A stretch of DNA of 61,431 bases, counting the filler, from Pirum gemmata (lineage: Eukaryota): NCBI GenBank assembly GCA_002812295.1. It is 12 parts of 12 records of this genome, joined end to end, with 100 filler letters (N's around TTAATTAATTAA, not from the genome) between each part and the next. Parts side by side here need not be neighbours in the genome. Positions count along the whole stretch, not along the records: positions 44,581 to 49,406 come from PDIN01000890.1; positions 49,507 to 54,305 come from PDIN01000891.1; positions 54,406 to 61,431 come from PDIN01000892.1; 9 more parts are not named here. One strand, written 5' to 3'. Position numbers and translations under genes: made by a program. Below the pieces are notes generated by a model. It was not told the origin of the DNA, did no database searches, and was given only the letters and a program-made list of their open reading frames with translations. Positions 49,376-61,431 of this stretch are shown piece after piece; positions within the stretch are counted from its first letter, which is position 1, and the number at the start of each line of letters is the position of its first letter.

Positions 49376-50417
49376 GTGCTTATTATTGTTATTGTTATTG
49401 TTATTGNNNNNNNNNNNNNNNNNNNNNNNNNNNNNNNNNNNNNNNNNNNNTTAATTAATTAANNNNNNNNNNNNNNNNNNNNNNNNNNNNNNNNNNNNNN
49501 NNNNNNTAGAGAGTACTAAGTCGACTCAAGTCACTCAACGCTCGCTACTAGCTAGTAGCTAGCTAGATCTAGCTAGCTAGCTGTATAAAAGTAGGACGAT
49601 AGCCGCAGCTTTTTTTTTTTTTTTTTTTTTTTAAAACTCACAATTATAAACGATTTGCCAAAATTGACCAAAATCAATCAATTTTAACATTTTGTCCAAT
49701 CATATTCGCATTTTATTAACAACCAACACGGGCAAGGAAATGACTTTTTGCCTTTTTTTTTTTTTTTTTTTTTTAACACTTAGGTCGGATCTCAAAAATC
49801 CAAAATCTTAAAATGCTCTAATTTTAATAAAAGTACTACCAAAATTTGAGAAATTTTCTAATGAATAAAACTCTATTATGAACCAATGGCTAGTTTTAAT
49901 AATAATTTGGCTAGTTAATATTAAAGATTTTTAGAAAAGAAGTCTAAAAAAAATGATTTCTACAGTTTCATCCGGCTAAAAAAAATACAATAAAAAAATA
50001 ATTTATCCAGAAAATTTATAATTTATTTATCATATCGATAGTTGTTTTGATAGTCTACCGCATCCCTCTAGCTAGTAGCTACTAGCTAGTAGCAGCTAGT
50101 AGACTATCATAGCTAGCTACTAGTATCGTAGATAGCTAGCTAGAGAATAAAAACAATAAAAATAAAAGTTTCAGTAAAAGTTTTAGGTGAGAAAGTCCTA
50201 TTAATATATAAATAAATACATAAAAATTCATATAAATCATATCATTTTATTTTATTACTGTTATATATATATAATGATATAAAACTTGAAACACACATAC
50301 ACACATACACCATTGTACATAAAGTTAAATTTTCAACTTCTTTTTTAAAATTTCTAAAAAACACTTTATTTCTTTTTAATCCAGAAGGACCTTTAACAAA
50401 CAGTAAAAATAATAAAG

Positions 50418-51471
50418 ATGGAGAGAAAAGCCGGACAAGATTATGCCCACCACGGGTTTGAGGGGGACGGACCAGATATTGTTATAAAGATCGAAAAAAA
50501 TGATGAGGAAGTTGCCTGGGGCATTTTCGAGTTTGACAAAAAAACGCTAACATGTGTTCATCAAGGCAATGGTGATGTGGATGATTTGAAAAAGAGTTTC
50601 GAAGCCAATAAGGTTTTTGTTTATTGTACATTGTCATAATTACCAACTATTTATACTTACTAAAGCTATGGCTACACAAATATTCCTATTGCTCCAATAA
50701 CAATGAAAATAATAACTTTTATATTTGGGTTAAATAATTTTGACAAAAACATTCTTTCCGATGTTTTAATACAAAACTGTAAATACATGTTGTTAGGTCC
50801 AATTTGCACTTATTAGGGTTCCTATCGGTGCTGAAGGAAGATGCAAATTTGTTTTAATCAGATGGGTCGGTGAAAATGCTAAGCCTTTACAGAAAGCGAA
50901 AGCTTTAACTTCATACAACGAAGTGAAAAAATGCATAAAGTACTATCATTAATACAAGTATCATTGCTGTTGTTCTAATTAAACTGTTGCATTTTCATGC
51001 AAACTATTGAATTTGTTTTCAAACTTTTACAATTACATACTATTGCATATTCAAGAATTTTTCACTGTGCATACTGTCATAACAAAACGCTGCGATTATT
51101 GCACGAAATTCTTGGAAAATAATTGTACCATCAGATATTATTCTGTCACTCATAATTAACATTAACTTAATTTATTCTTACCATGTCTATTTTCCAGATA
51201 CTGTCATGTTGAGTTAGAGTGTTATTCAAAGTCGGATATTTCAGAGAAAATTGTGCGAGACAAATTGGCGAAAGCAGGGGGGGCAAATTATGACTCAACT
51301 CAAAATACAGGAAATAAAAATGATAATTCTAAAGGCAGTTTAGGAGGTTATAAAAATAGTAGTAAAGCCTTCTTTGAGAATAAAGAGAAAGAAGGTAATA
51401 TCGGTCCAGTGAAATTCGAAAAATACGCTCTACCAGATTCAACACCTGTTGATTTGGGTGGTCGTCCTATG
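50418..51471 (+). CDS. Coactosin-like ADF-H protein; exons 50418-50612, 50797-50939, 51198-51471; last exon not found
   Basis: WGIFEFD, G.GDVDDLK, QFALIRV, KFVLIRWVGE..KPLQKA, KAGGANYD; phases are consistent. Confidence 0.88.
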
Positions 51472-51900
51472 GTACTTTATATATGTTTTAAAATTGATTT
51501 ATCAATGTTGAAGAGCAGATTTTTACTATCAATTTCAATTATATATTCGACCTCGATAAACAATTTTTGTTTCTCTCAAATTCTTTTTTTTTAATAATAT
51601 TATTAATGTTATTTGATTTCTGTTATCTTTTTGTTATTTGTTTTTTTTTACTGTCATTGTCATTGTTATTGCTACTACTACTACTACTACTACTACTATT
51701 ATTATTATTATTATTATTGTTATTGTTATTGTATTATTACTAACCCTGACTCAACCCTAACCCTGTTATATCATATATATTATGAAATCCTATTTTTGTT
51801 GTGATATTCTTACCATCCTTATATTTATTGTATATGTTATTGTCATTGTGCATGTTTTTTTTTTGGTTTTTTTTTAATTATGTCAACGTTTTGACAAAAG

Positions 51901-54277
51901 AGGAAAATACTGTTTTATGGGGACACACGTTTGTGAGTTACCAAAGTACTGATTCTGGAAAACTTTCTGTTAACATGCAAAAAAGGGTAATAGACAAACA
52001 AGAAAATGACAATACAAATTCTAACTTTACTTTTGAAGCTGATATTTTAGTCGGTGCTGATGGGATTCGTTCTCGGGTAAGATTTTCTTTGTTCGTTGTT
52101 TACGCAAGTTTGTCTTTTCTCTAATTAGATGATGTATATTCTTATATTTGGGTCAGGCTTGTATTTCTATTTTTTATTATTTGATAGTACTGTAAATGTT
52201 TTGGATAATTATTCTAATCGAGTAATGTACATATATTAAAAAGGTCAGGGACCAAAAACTTAAAGATGGTAATGAATATACTGATAGCAACCTAACAAGT
52301 AGTGGATGTGGAGGTAATATTACGTTTTGATATAATGTTTCCGTTAAAAATTGTTCATTTATTAATATTATTAATCTGGTTTTTATATTTTAATTTTTAT
52401 GTAAAACATGTTTACTTGTTGTTTGTACCTTGCACTATCTATTGTATTTTATTTATATTCTGTTTTTGCCTTAAAATTTTCGTTAGTTTTAACTTTGTTC
52501 TTTTAAACTATTATATTAATAAAGTCTCAGAGTTGCCTTTGTCCAATTTAAAACCTTTGAGACCACTAGGTGTTATGGTAATTTTGGGAGTTGTTAAAAA
52601 TCCAGGGCATCCTCTAACTGACAATCAAGTGTTTCAAACTGTGGATGGCGATACGCGGTTTTATTGTATGCCTTTTAATCACCCAGATCAAAGTATGTGG
52701 CAGGTAATCTAATCTTTAACATAACAAATTATCATAATATTACTAAAATTGTGAATTTTACTTTTAATATTTCTAATGTGTTTAATGCGAATAATTAATA
52801 ATAATACTTTATAGATTATAAAGACTTTCGGTTTTATTTTAAACATTTCTAGTAATCAATAATAATGCTACATATATTATGAAGAAAATTGGTTTATTTG
52901 AAATTTTTCTTATGTTACTAGGAATAAATATTGTATAAACAATTGTGGTAACAAATGATCATAATATTACTAAAATCATGAATAATATTGGTTTTACTTT
53001 TAATATTTCTAATGTATTTAATGCGAATAATTAATAATAATACTATATAGATTATAAAGATTTTCGGTTTTATTTTAAACATTTCTAGTAATCAATAATA
53101 ATGCTACATGTATTATGAAGAAAATTGGTTTTATTTGAACTTTTTCTAATGTGTAAACAATTGTGGTAATTAATACTAGTGATATATTTTTTTTTCCTAT
53201 ATTAGCTTTAGTTTTAATGTAAATAATCAGTGTAATGAAATATACTACTAATATATTTTATTTCTTATATTAGCTTAGTTTCAATGTTGATCTAGAGAAA
53301 GCCCAGTTGATACAAAGGGATGCGGTAACAATATTTTTTATCTTTACTTTGTTTTTTTTCTTTGATTACTATTGCTATTATTTCTGAATATATGTTTTGA
53401 TTTTATTATTATTCGTTTTAATTTTCATTCGAATATTATTAATTTCGTTAATTCGTTTAAAAGGGTACATCGTTATTGGAAGAATCACTAAGGCGGTGTG
53501 ACAACTGGCATGCTCCAATACCAGAGCTTTTACGTAATTATTATTTTTTCCCAATGTGTTGTTCTTGAATTATTACTCTTTGCTTCTTATAAAGGGCTTC
53601 TACTTATATTTTGTTGATAATTGCAGTAATCGATAACCCTTTTTAAATAATTATTTTAATATAAATTTTTAATTCATGGCAGAAAGCACAAATATTGAAG
53701 ATATTACAGGTTATCCAGCATTTGATAGACCACCTCCTACGTTTCGCACCAGTGACGACATACCAGGTCGGCTAGAAGGTACCCACACAGTTTAGATTAA
53801 AATCCAATAATAATTAGTTGTTTTAAATTTGTTAATTGTGAGCTACTAGTTTCTTCTGAGTTTTGTTGAGTGTTGCTATGTCGTTTTTTTTGTTGTTGCG
53901 TGTCTATCTCATTGTATTTTCAAAAATATTAATAGGTGTTCTTACAGATAAGCAAGTCACTTTGATTGGTGATGCTTGTCACCCGATGAGTCCGTTCAAA
54001 GGACAAGGGGCTAATCAAGGTAATATTATTTATCGTTCGTTTATTTTTTTTTAAATAAAATAAAAACACCTATATGTGAACAGACATATATGATACTTAA
54101 TTTATTGTTATTAAATTATTTTTCTTCTTATTTTTTACCATAGAAGTATACTTAATTTTTCTGGTTAATATTTTTAACTTTGCATCTTTTTATTTGTTTA
54201 AACGTAATAGCATTGCTTGATGCATGGGAATTAGCGTGTACTTTGATCAACAAAAAGCAAGTTACATTTGAAAATGG
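51901..54277 (+). CDS. FAD-dependent monooxygenase (class A flavoprotein hydroxylase), 8 internal exons, both ends missing
   Basis: ADILVGADGIRSRVR (DG motif), MWQLSF, VTLIGDACHPMSPFKGQGANQALLDA (GD motif). Exons ~51901-52076, 52244-52313, 52525-52703, 53274-53324, 53464-53533, 53683-53766, 53936-54019, 54211-54277. Confidence 0.88.
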
Positions 54278-56615
54278 TATAACATTTTTATATAATAATA
54301 ATATTNNNNNNNNNNNNNNNNNNNNNNNNNNNNNNNNNNNNNNNNNNNNTTAATTAATTAANNNNNNNNNNNNNNNNNNNNNNNNNNNNNNNNNNNNNNN
54401 NNNNNCACCATCATCACCACCACCACCATCACCACCATCACCACCATCACCACCACCATCACCACCACCACCACCACCACCACCACTATCACCATCACCA
54501 CCACTACCATCACCACCATTACCACCACCACCATTACCACCACCACCACTACCATCACCACCACCACTACCATCACCACCACCACCACCACCACCACCAC
54601 CACGGTGGTACCACCACCATTGTCATCAATCTCATCATTGCCACCACCAAAAAAAGGGTGCGATGTTATAATTAGGGTTCTGTAGTCAGTGAACACTATG
54701 ATACTAGGAGACTAGTCTATCGACAGTAGCTATCAATATAGACCCTAGTAGTTTACAATCACTGTATCATATCAATACAATACATGTATCATATTACTAT
54801 GATAACCTGTTTTTCCTGACAATGAGTTTTTTTGGTCCAGAGTAGCCTATCATAAAAGTGAAAAAACTGTGATATCATTGATATCATATCGATACTTGGT
54901 CGAGATGGAAACTCTCTAGTGATTTTCAAAAAAAATGGACAAAAGCCTCTTACTCCATCCAAACCGATTAAATAATAATAATAACGTCGATAATAATATT
55001 AATTATATTATCAATTTCTAGGGTTTTCGGTTGTTTTGTCATCATAAAATATAAAATAAAGAGTACTATTATAAATAAATACAATATAAATCCATTTCAT
55101 GTAATTTGGTATATTTTATTATCTTTTTATTCATTTATCAACGTCAAATAAAAAATTATAACCAACCAATTTGCAAGCAGTGACAAAATAAATGAAAAGC
55201 GTTATAATAAATATATGGTGATGATGTACGTATAGATTATATTATCAAAGTAGTATCATGTACATATTTCTTATGATTCTGTTTTATAATAATTTATAAT
55301 CTATCATATAGTGTTTTTATTTATTTGACTGTTTTTTGTTTGTTTGTTTTCTTTGTTTTTCTTTTCTATTTTTTGCAGCTTTTTACTATCATACTATGAA
55401 TAGCTACTACTAGACTACCGATAGCTCTATAGTAGCTCTAGAGCTAGTCTAAGCTGGATGGAGTCTAGCTAGTAGTCTAGGCTGTACGGTACCTAGACTA
55501 CTAGCTAGAGGCTGTACCTCTAGACTCCTCTAGCTAGCTAGCAAGCTAGACTAGCTAGACTTAGACTAGCTAGTTCCATAACTTCCATTTGAACTTCCAA
55601 AAAATAATTTAGATCAGATTCCTCAAAGATAGATGGCTTGAGGGAGACTTGAGTCTTGACTCTTGAGGGCCTGATCAGTGATCACCAGGCTTCTTTCTGC
55701 GCTACCCGTATCCATAGAACGGAATGGCCAAAATTTAATATAGCAAAAAAACCAGTTTACAAAAAAACAAAAAACTCCTGACTAAGCAAAAAACACAAAA
55801 CCATGAGTCCATGACTAACTAAATCATGGCCACTATCAGTGCTAACTATTGATAAAAAATAATTTTTAAAAACGGGTGACGTCAGACAGACACTAACAGT
55901 GAGTCTGAAGCAGAAAATGGTTAAAATGAATGAAAAATGAGCAGAAAATGGGGAATTTGGAAAAGTACCCAAAAAAATAGCAAAATGGTCGGTCGGTCGG
56001 TCGGGAAAAAAAATTAAACGGTCCGGTCGGTTCGGGAAGGAAAACTAGTCGGTCCGGTCGGTCGGGAAATTTCTCGAAAAAACCTCGGATTGGACATCTC
56101 TGGTGGTGACTGTAAATAGTGTAAAAGTCTAGAATTCTAAAGTCTGTAAACTAGTGTACTGGTATCGGTACTGTATTAATTAATTAAAGAGTCTGTAAGT
56201 TAGTCACTTACAAAATATCAGATTTAAAAATATCATATAATAAAAGTATAATAGAACCTGAACTTCCCATGGTCCTGATTCCTTAAGGAACTATTATTTA
56301 TATCATTTATATTTATAAAAGATAAAGTTTGCAAACCTTTGCAAAATAACAGAAAATAGTGAAAAAACACCTTTAGAGAAAGGAAAAAATTGGAAAAAAC
56401 ATACCGATATTATGTCAGGAAGTGTCAGAATAGTATTACTTACTTTAATTAATTAATAATAATATGATGATCTTGTGATAGGGAAAAAAAACTGGGGAAA
56501 AAACTCTGAAAGAACCAAGGATTTGAAGTCCTTGAAAGAACTCATTTGTAAGAAATTTGATTATCTCGAGTAGTGAATACCAGGTATAATACTAGCTAGC
56601 TAGAGCTAGATACTA

Positions 56616-56800
56616 TGGTGCTTTTCAGTTGTTTTGTCATCATAAAATAAACAATAAATAGTACCAAATTAATACAATATAAATCTATTTAATTCAATTT
56701 GGTATATTTTATTATCTATTTATTGATTTAAAAATGTCAATTTAAATATTATAACTATCCAAATAAATATTCAGAGTGACAAAATAAATGAAAAGCACGA
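56616..56800. mobile_element. MITE family A (degenerate copies also ~55020-55203 and 35146-35300)
   Basis: TA-TGGTGCTTTTCA...TGAAAAGCACGA-TA. Confidence 0.85.
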
Positions 56801-57622
56801 TACCAGTACTAAACTGGTCTAGCTTTTAGTAGCTAGCTAGTAGTATCCTGTAGTAGTAGTATGCATAGTATCAAAGATAGTGCCAGTTGCTAAGCCTTAG
56901 TGGGTTGCTAAGCCTGGTGGAGTACAGTAGCTAACTGTATCAACAGCTAGAGTAGAGTGCCTCATCATCAAAGTTTGTAACTGTTAGTTAGTTCTGAATG
57001 GAAGTTGAGTCACTTTGTGAAACTTTCTGATGTAAATGATATACATAATATACATATTATTGCATATTACACATTGAATGTAGTATTTAAATTTTATATT
57101 GAAAACACTGTGTGAACACTGAAAAGTGTATTATGGAAAATTAGATAACTACGAGTGTCAGAATCTGATGTCTAATTTTCCTTGATATATATACATACGT
57201 ATATATTTTTATTAATGTTCAAATAAAGCTTTTATTAAAAGAATGTATCGATATTGATAGTAAATTTAGCATGACGTTTTATTTAGTTTGTCTTTGAAAT
57301 TTTTAATATTTTTTAATTGATACTTGGTCAACGTACCAATTAATTTACATATTGTTTATATTATATATATTATTATGTTCTGTTTTAACTATTTATTATT
57401 ATATTATATAATATACTTCATTATTATGACGTACATCCATAACATGTGTAGTTATTTAAAACTTCATATAGTTAATTGGTCAAGGTATTAATACTATATT
57501 TTTAAATTTAAAACTTAACATTTAGTTTGACATTTCAGCTTTAACATTAAATTGCTTTGGCTTTTGGTTTGACTTCAATAATGTGATCTTCATTATGTGT
57601 TTTATTTTTATTTTTATTTTTA

Positions 57623-57661
<39 letters not shown>

Positions 57662-57676
57662 ATTTAGTTTATTTAA

Positions 57677-58661
57677 TCAATGCTCAATTACTAGATTGTC
57701 TTCACTCTTAAATAGTATTGAAAAATTTTCATTGAGCGACGATAATAATGAAGCAGAATTTTTTCGCATAGCTTTTCGGAAACCATTATCAACAACAACA
57801 ACATCATCATCATAATTATCATTATTATTATGTTGTGGTTGTGGTTGTGGTTGTTGATGTTTTAATTGTTGTTCTAATTGATTTTGTTGATGTGAGAGTT
57901 TTTGTTGTTTTAAAATTTGCTGCATTTCTTCTAACTGTGCTTTTTCTTGCTCTCTTATTTGGTGGGTTTCAGAAAGAAAATGATGGTTAGTATGCAAATG
58001 TTTAGGTTTATGTAATTCACACACTAAATGTATTTCTGCTTTACTTATTTTATAATCAAAGGAAGGTTTTCTTTTTGCAATTGGTTTTTGGTTTTGTTGT
58101 TGTTGCTGTTGTTGTTGTTGACTGTGATCAACACTAACACTACGCTTTTTTTCTAGGTTATTATTATATTTACTATGTTTTGCTTTTTCACCAGGTGTGA
58201 AATAAGAACAGGTAGAATGGCGTCGATGATAGGAATCTAGTTGCAGTTGTTTTTGTTGTTGTTGTTGTTGTTGTTGACTGTAATCAAAACTTACACTTCG
58301 GTTTATTTCTCGCTTATTATGTTTATTATGCTTTGCTTTTTCTCCAGGAGTGAAATAAGAACAGATAGAATGGCGTCGACGATGGGAATCTAATTGCGGT
58401 TGCGGTTGCGGTTGCGGTTGCGGTTGCGGTTGCGGTTGCGGTTGCGAATCATAACCATTAAAAATATTAATGGATTTGTTGTATTGTTTAAGCTTATCGT
58501 GTGTTGTATTATCACTAACATTAAAATTCTCTACTTCTGGCGTTAAAGTTTGTTGTGGAATTATTGTTATTAAAGAGGAGCTAGCCAATGCTGATTTTGC
58601 TTCTTGAAATCGGTTATACTTATTAGGTTTACTATCTTGAAAAGAAACGCTTCGTTTTGGT

Positions 58662-58720
<59 letters not shown>

Positions 58721-59140
58721 GGTGGTGGTGATGGTGGTATTGGGTTTTTCTTCATCACTACTAAAATGCAAATTTTCATAAGTTTCTGATACTCTTCGTT
58801 TTACTGATTTAGCTAAATACAAAAATTTGTCTCCGAAAGGTATATGCTCTTTTATATTTTCTTCGGGTTGTGTTTCATTATTGTTATTGTGATTGTTGAT
58901 GTTATTGTTATTATTATTGTTGTTGTTGTTAACGTTGTTGTTGTTGGTGTTAAAGTTGTCGTTGTTAAAGTTATTGTTGTTGTTGTTTGGTTTTTGGTCA
59001 GCAAGGTGGATGATTTTAATGTTATTATTTTTACTTCGTGGGCTACTGCTTCCCTTACTATTGTTTTTGGATTTGTCATTATGGGATTGATTGTAGTAAT
59101 GAAAGTGATAATTGTAACTATGATAATAAATACTATCTTT
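57677..59140 (-). CDS. Terminal exon of an N/Q-rich low-complexity protein
   Basis: Long open frame with poly-N, poly-Q, (QP)n and a duplicated LDSxxRRHSxCSYFTPGEKAKH..RSVSxDxSQQQ module; the 5' boundary is uncertain. Confidence 0.75.
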
Positions 59141-59233
59141 ATGTTTATTATTATTATTACTACTACTACTACTACTACTACTATTATTATTATTATTATT
59201 ATTATTATTATNNNNNNNNNNNNNNNNNNNNNN

Positions 59234-59303
59234 GTTAGGGTTAGGGTTAGGGTTAGGGATGGGGATGGGGATGGGGATGGGGATGGGGATGGGGTTAGGG
59301 TTA
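59234..59303. repeat. (GTTAGG)n grading into (GATGGG)n and back
   Basis: Read directly. Confidence 0.85.
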
Positions 59304-59741
59304 CATATCATAAACACATAAACCATAAAAATATTTAATTTTTTAAATTTAGAAAATTGGGTGAAACATAGGTGGAGGGTGGGGGGGTCATTAAATAAAT
59401 CCAAGAAACTAATAACGTACCTAGCTTTTAAATTAATAACAATTACTATGAGTTCTAGTATTAATTTGATGTTAAAAATCTAACTTACAATAACTCGATG
59501 TATTGCTTATTACTATTACTATTACTATTACTTATTACTTATTACTATTACTATTACTATTAATATTACTATTATCATTACCATTACTATTACTGTTACT
59601 ATTATTATTACTATTACTATATGAGTAATAATTACTATAACTATTACTAATACTATTATTATATTACTATTACTTATTACTATTACTATTATTATTACTA
59701 TAACTATATTACTGTTGCTATTACGATTATTTTGAACTTAC

Positions 59742-59952
59742 AAACCTAAATAAACCAAATGCATTCGATTCGTTAAAGCAAAAAGAAAATTTAAAAAACA
59801 AAAGGCAGTCGCAATCAATATTACAAACATTCCAATTCTTTGGTGGGATACAACTAATTGACCAGTCGCTAAGGCAGTGAAAATAAAAAGCAATATAAGA
59901 CCAACAAATCCAGAAATGAACAAATGGTATAAAAACCATTTTCCTGTTAAAC

Positions 59953-59998
<46 letters not shown>

Positions 59999-61193
59999 CA
60001 AATATTAATAATAATAAACAAATATTAAAAATAATAAACAAATATTAAAAATAATAATAATAATAATAAACAAATATTAATAATAATAATAATAATAATA
60101 ATAAAACTAATGCTAATCTTGATTTTGATCTTAGCAATACGAAAACCATTTTCTTTGTTTAAAAATAAATAAAACAAACGTACCACACAAAAACATACAA
60201 GGTGACAATTCAAATCGAAAAAAAAAACATTATAATCATTGCTTTGTAATTTTTCAGAGCGTTAAGAACTTAACTTAAAAAAGATAATAATATTCGACTA
60301 TATAAATAAAAATAATATTCGACCACTAATAGAAATGATGATAATAATAATATAATTAATATTAAATAAATAAGTACAACTAATAACAACATTAACAATC
60401 TTAATCTTATTAAAATTAAAACCATTTTCTTTAAAATCCACGCAAAAACATATAACGAGGTAATCATTTCATTTGTAAATTTTATGAGAACTAAACTTAA
60501 AAAAATAATAATTATAATATTCAAATACCAATAGTAATAATAATATCAATAAATAATTAATATCAAAAATAAATAAAATAATAACTAATAAACTAATAAT
60601 CATGATGATGATGATGATAATCTTAATATTAACAATTTTAAAACCATTTTCTTTAAAATAATTAAATCAAAACAGCGACACACGAAAACATAGAACAAGA
60701 TGAGAATTAAAAGTTTACAGAACGATAAGAACTAAACTTAAAAAAGAATAAGAATTGACTATACTATGCATATAGTAATAATAATATTCGATTATCAATA
60801 GCAATAATAATAATATTAATAAATAATAAATTATAAAACTAATAATAATATCGATGACCTTGATCTTACAATATTAAAACAATTTTCTTATTTTTAAAAA
60901 CAATTAAAGTAAACAGTACCACTTCAGTTCAAATAATTTCAAAATTAGGTAAAAAATCCAAAGGTCATAGTATTAATATTTTTTGTTGTTAGTATCTTTA
61001 TCTCTTTGAATTTTTTCTGTAATAAAGCTGTCCATAAAGATAGATTACGAACACATTATTGAAACAAAAAACATACCTCTATTTTTGACTTTTCGAGATT
61101 TCCGATTTATATATACTATACAAATGATAAGTATATAAAGAGCTAAATGAAACAACCCTAAACTAAGACAAATAATCCAGGCAGTCCTAAAAT
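59742..61193 (-). CDS. Multi-pass membrane protein, 7TM-receptor-like; exons 61193-61077 and 59943-59742
   Basis: Spliced product FRTAWIICLSLGLFHLALYILIICIVYINRKSRKVKNR-G-KWFLYHLFISGFVGLILLFIFTAL..LFALTNRMHLVY gives three TM helices with a basic first loop; the phase-1 GT-AG junction is in frame. Confidence 0.6.
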
Positions 61194-61431
61194 CTTCAAA
61201 AAAAAAGAAAATTCAATATTGACTTAATATTAATACACTAATTTATTAATTAAATTTACGTTTACACGTGTGTATGTATATAAATGTTTACTTACAATCA
61301 TTATATTACTAATGACTGGAGAAGGATGAAAAAGAAGTACGGGCTAACAACAATAATAATAAGGTTATTGTAGTGAAAAGGGTGATGGTGGTCATTGGGG
61401 TGTGTGTTATTGACGATGTCTCTCGGCGCGC

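Noticed and set aside
4825..54405. Regularly spaced TTAATTAATTAA motifs, and gene neighbourhoods across them
   Set aside because: Artificial spacers; adjacent scaffolds are unlinked, so no cluster can be inferred.
54406..54696. (CAC)n-based ORFs
   Set aside because: Frame and strand cannot be determined; no complex coding signal.
1..61431. tRNA, rRNA or snRNA genes
   Set aside because: None recognised by eye; GTTCGA hits lack cloverleaf context. A tRNAscan-SE/Infernal run is needed to exclude them.

Overview
This is not a continuous locus. It is 12 unrelated short eukaryotic scaffolds (mostly about 4.7-5.4 kb) joined by an artificial 100-nt spacer (N44-TTAATTAATTAA-N44). The DNA is very AT-rich and intron-rich with TTAGGG telomeric repeats, consistent with a unicellular eukaryote (lineage not determinable here; an opisthokont or amoebozoan protist is a guess). 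Genes supported by the sequence: an intron-containing bacterial-type MTA/SAH nucleosidase, a secreted germin-like cupin, a phospholipase B-like gene, an E/K/R coiled-coil protein, a PP1-binding (Bni4/neurabin-type motif) protein, metaxin, coactosin, an FAD monooxygenase, a 7TM receptor fragment, and several low-complexity or surface proteins. One apparently intact Ty3/gypsy chromovirus has gag and pol in the same frame separated by one UGA, oligo-T in place of a PBS, and CX2CX6HX3C knuckles. Non-coding DNA is a mosaic of at least 7 MITE-like families, (CTAG)n palindromic fields and 8-16 bp micro-duplications. It also has about 11 interstitial telomeric tracts; some interrupt or replace parts of MITEs and some grade into related hexamer microsatellites. 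The most novel-looking signal is this apparent break-and-patch system (telomere-repeat patches plus palindromic scars). Family assignments come from motif recognition only; no searches were run.
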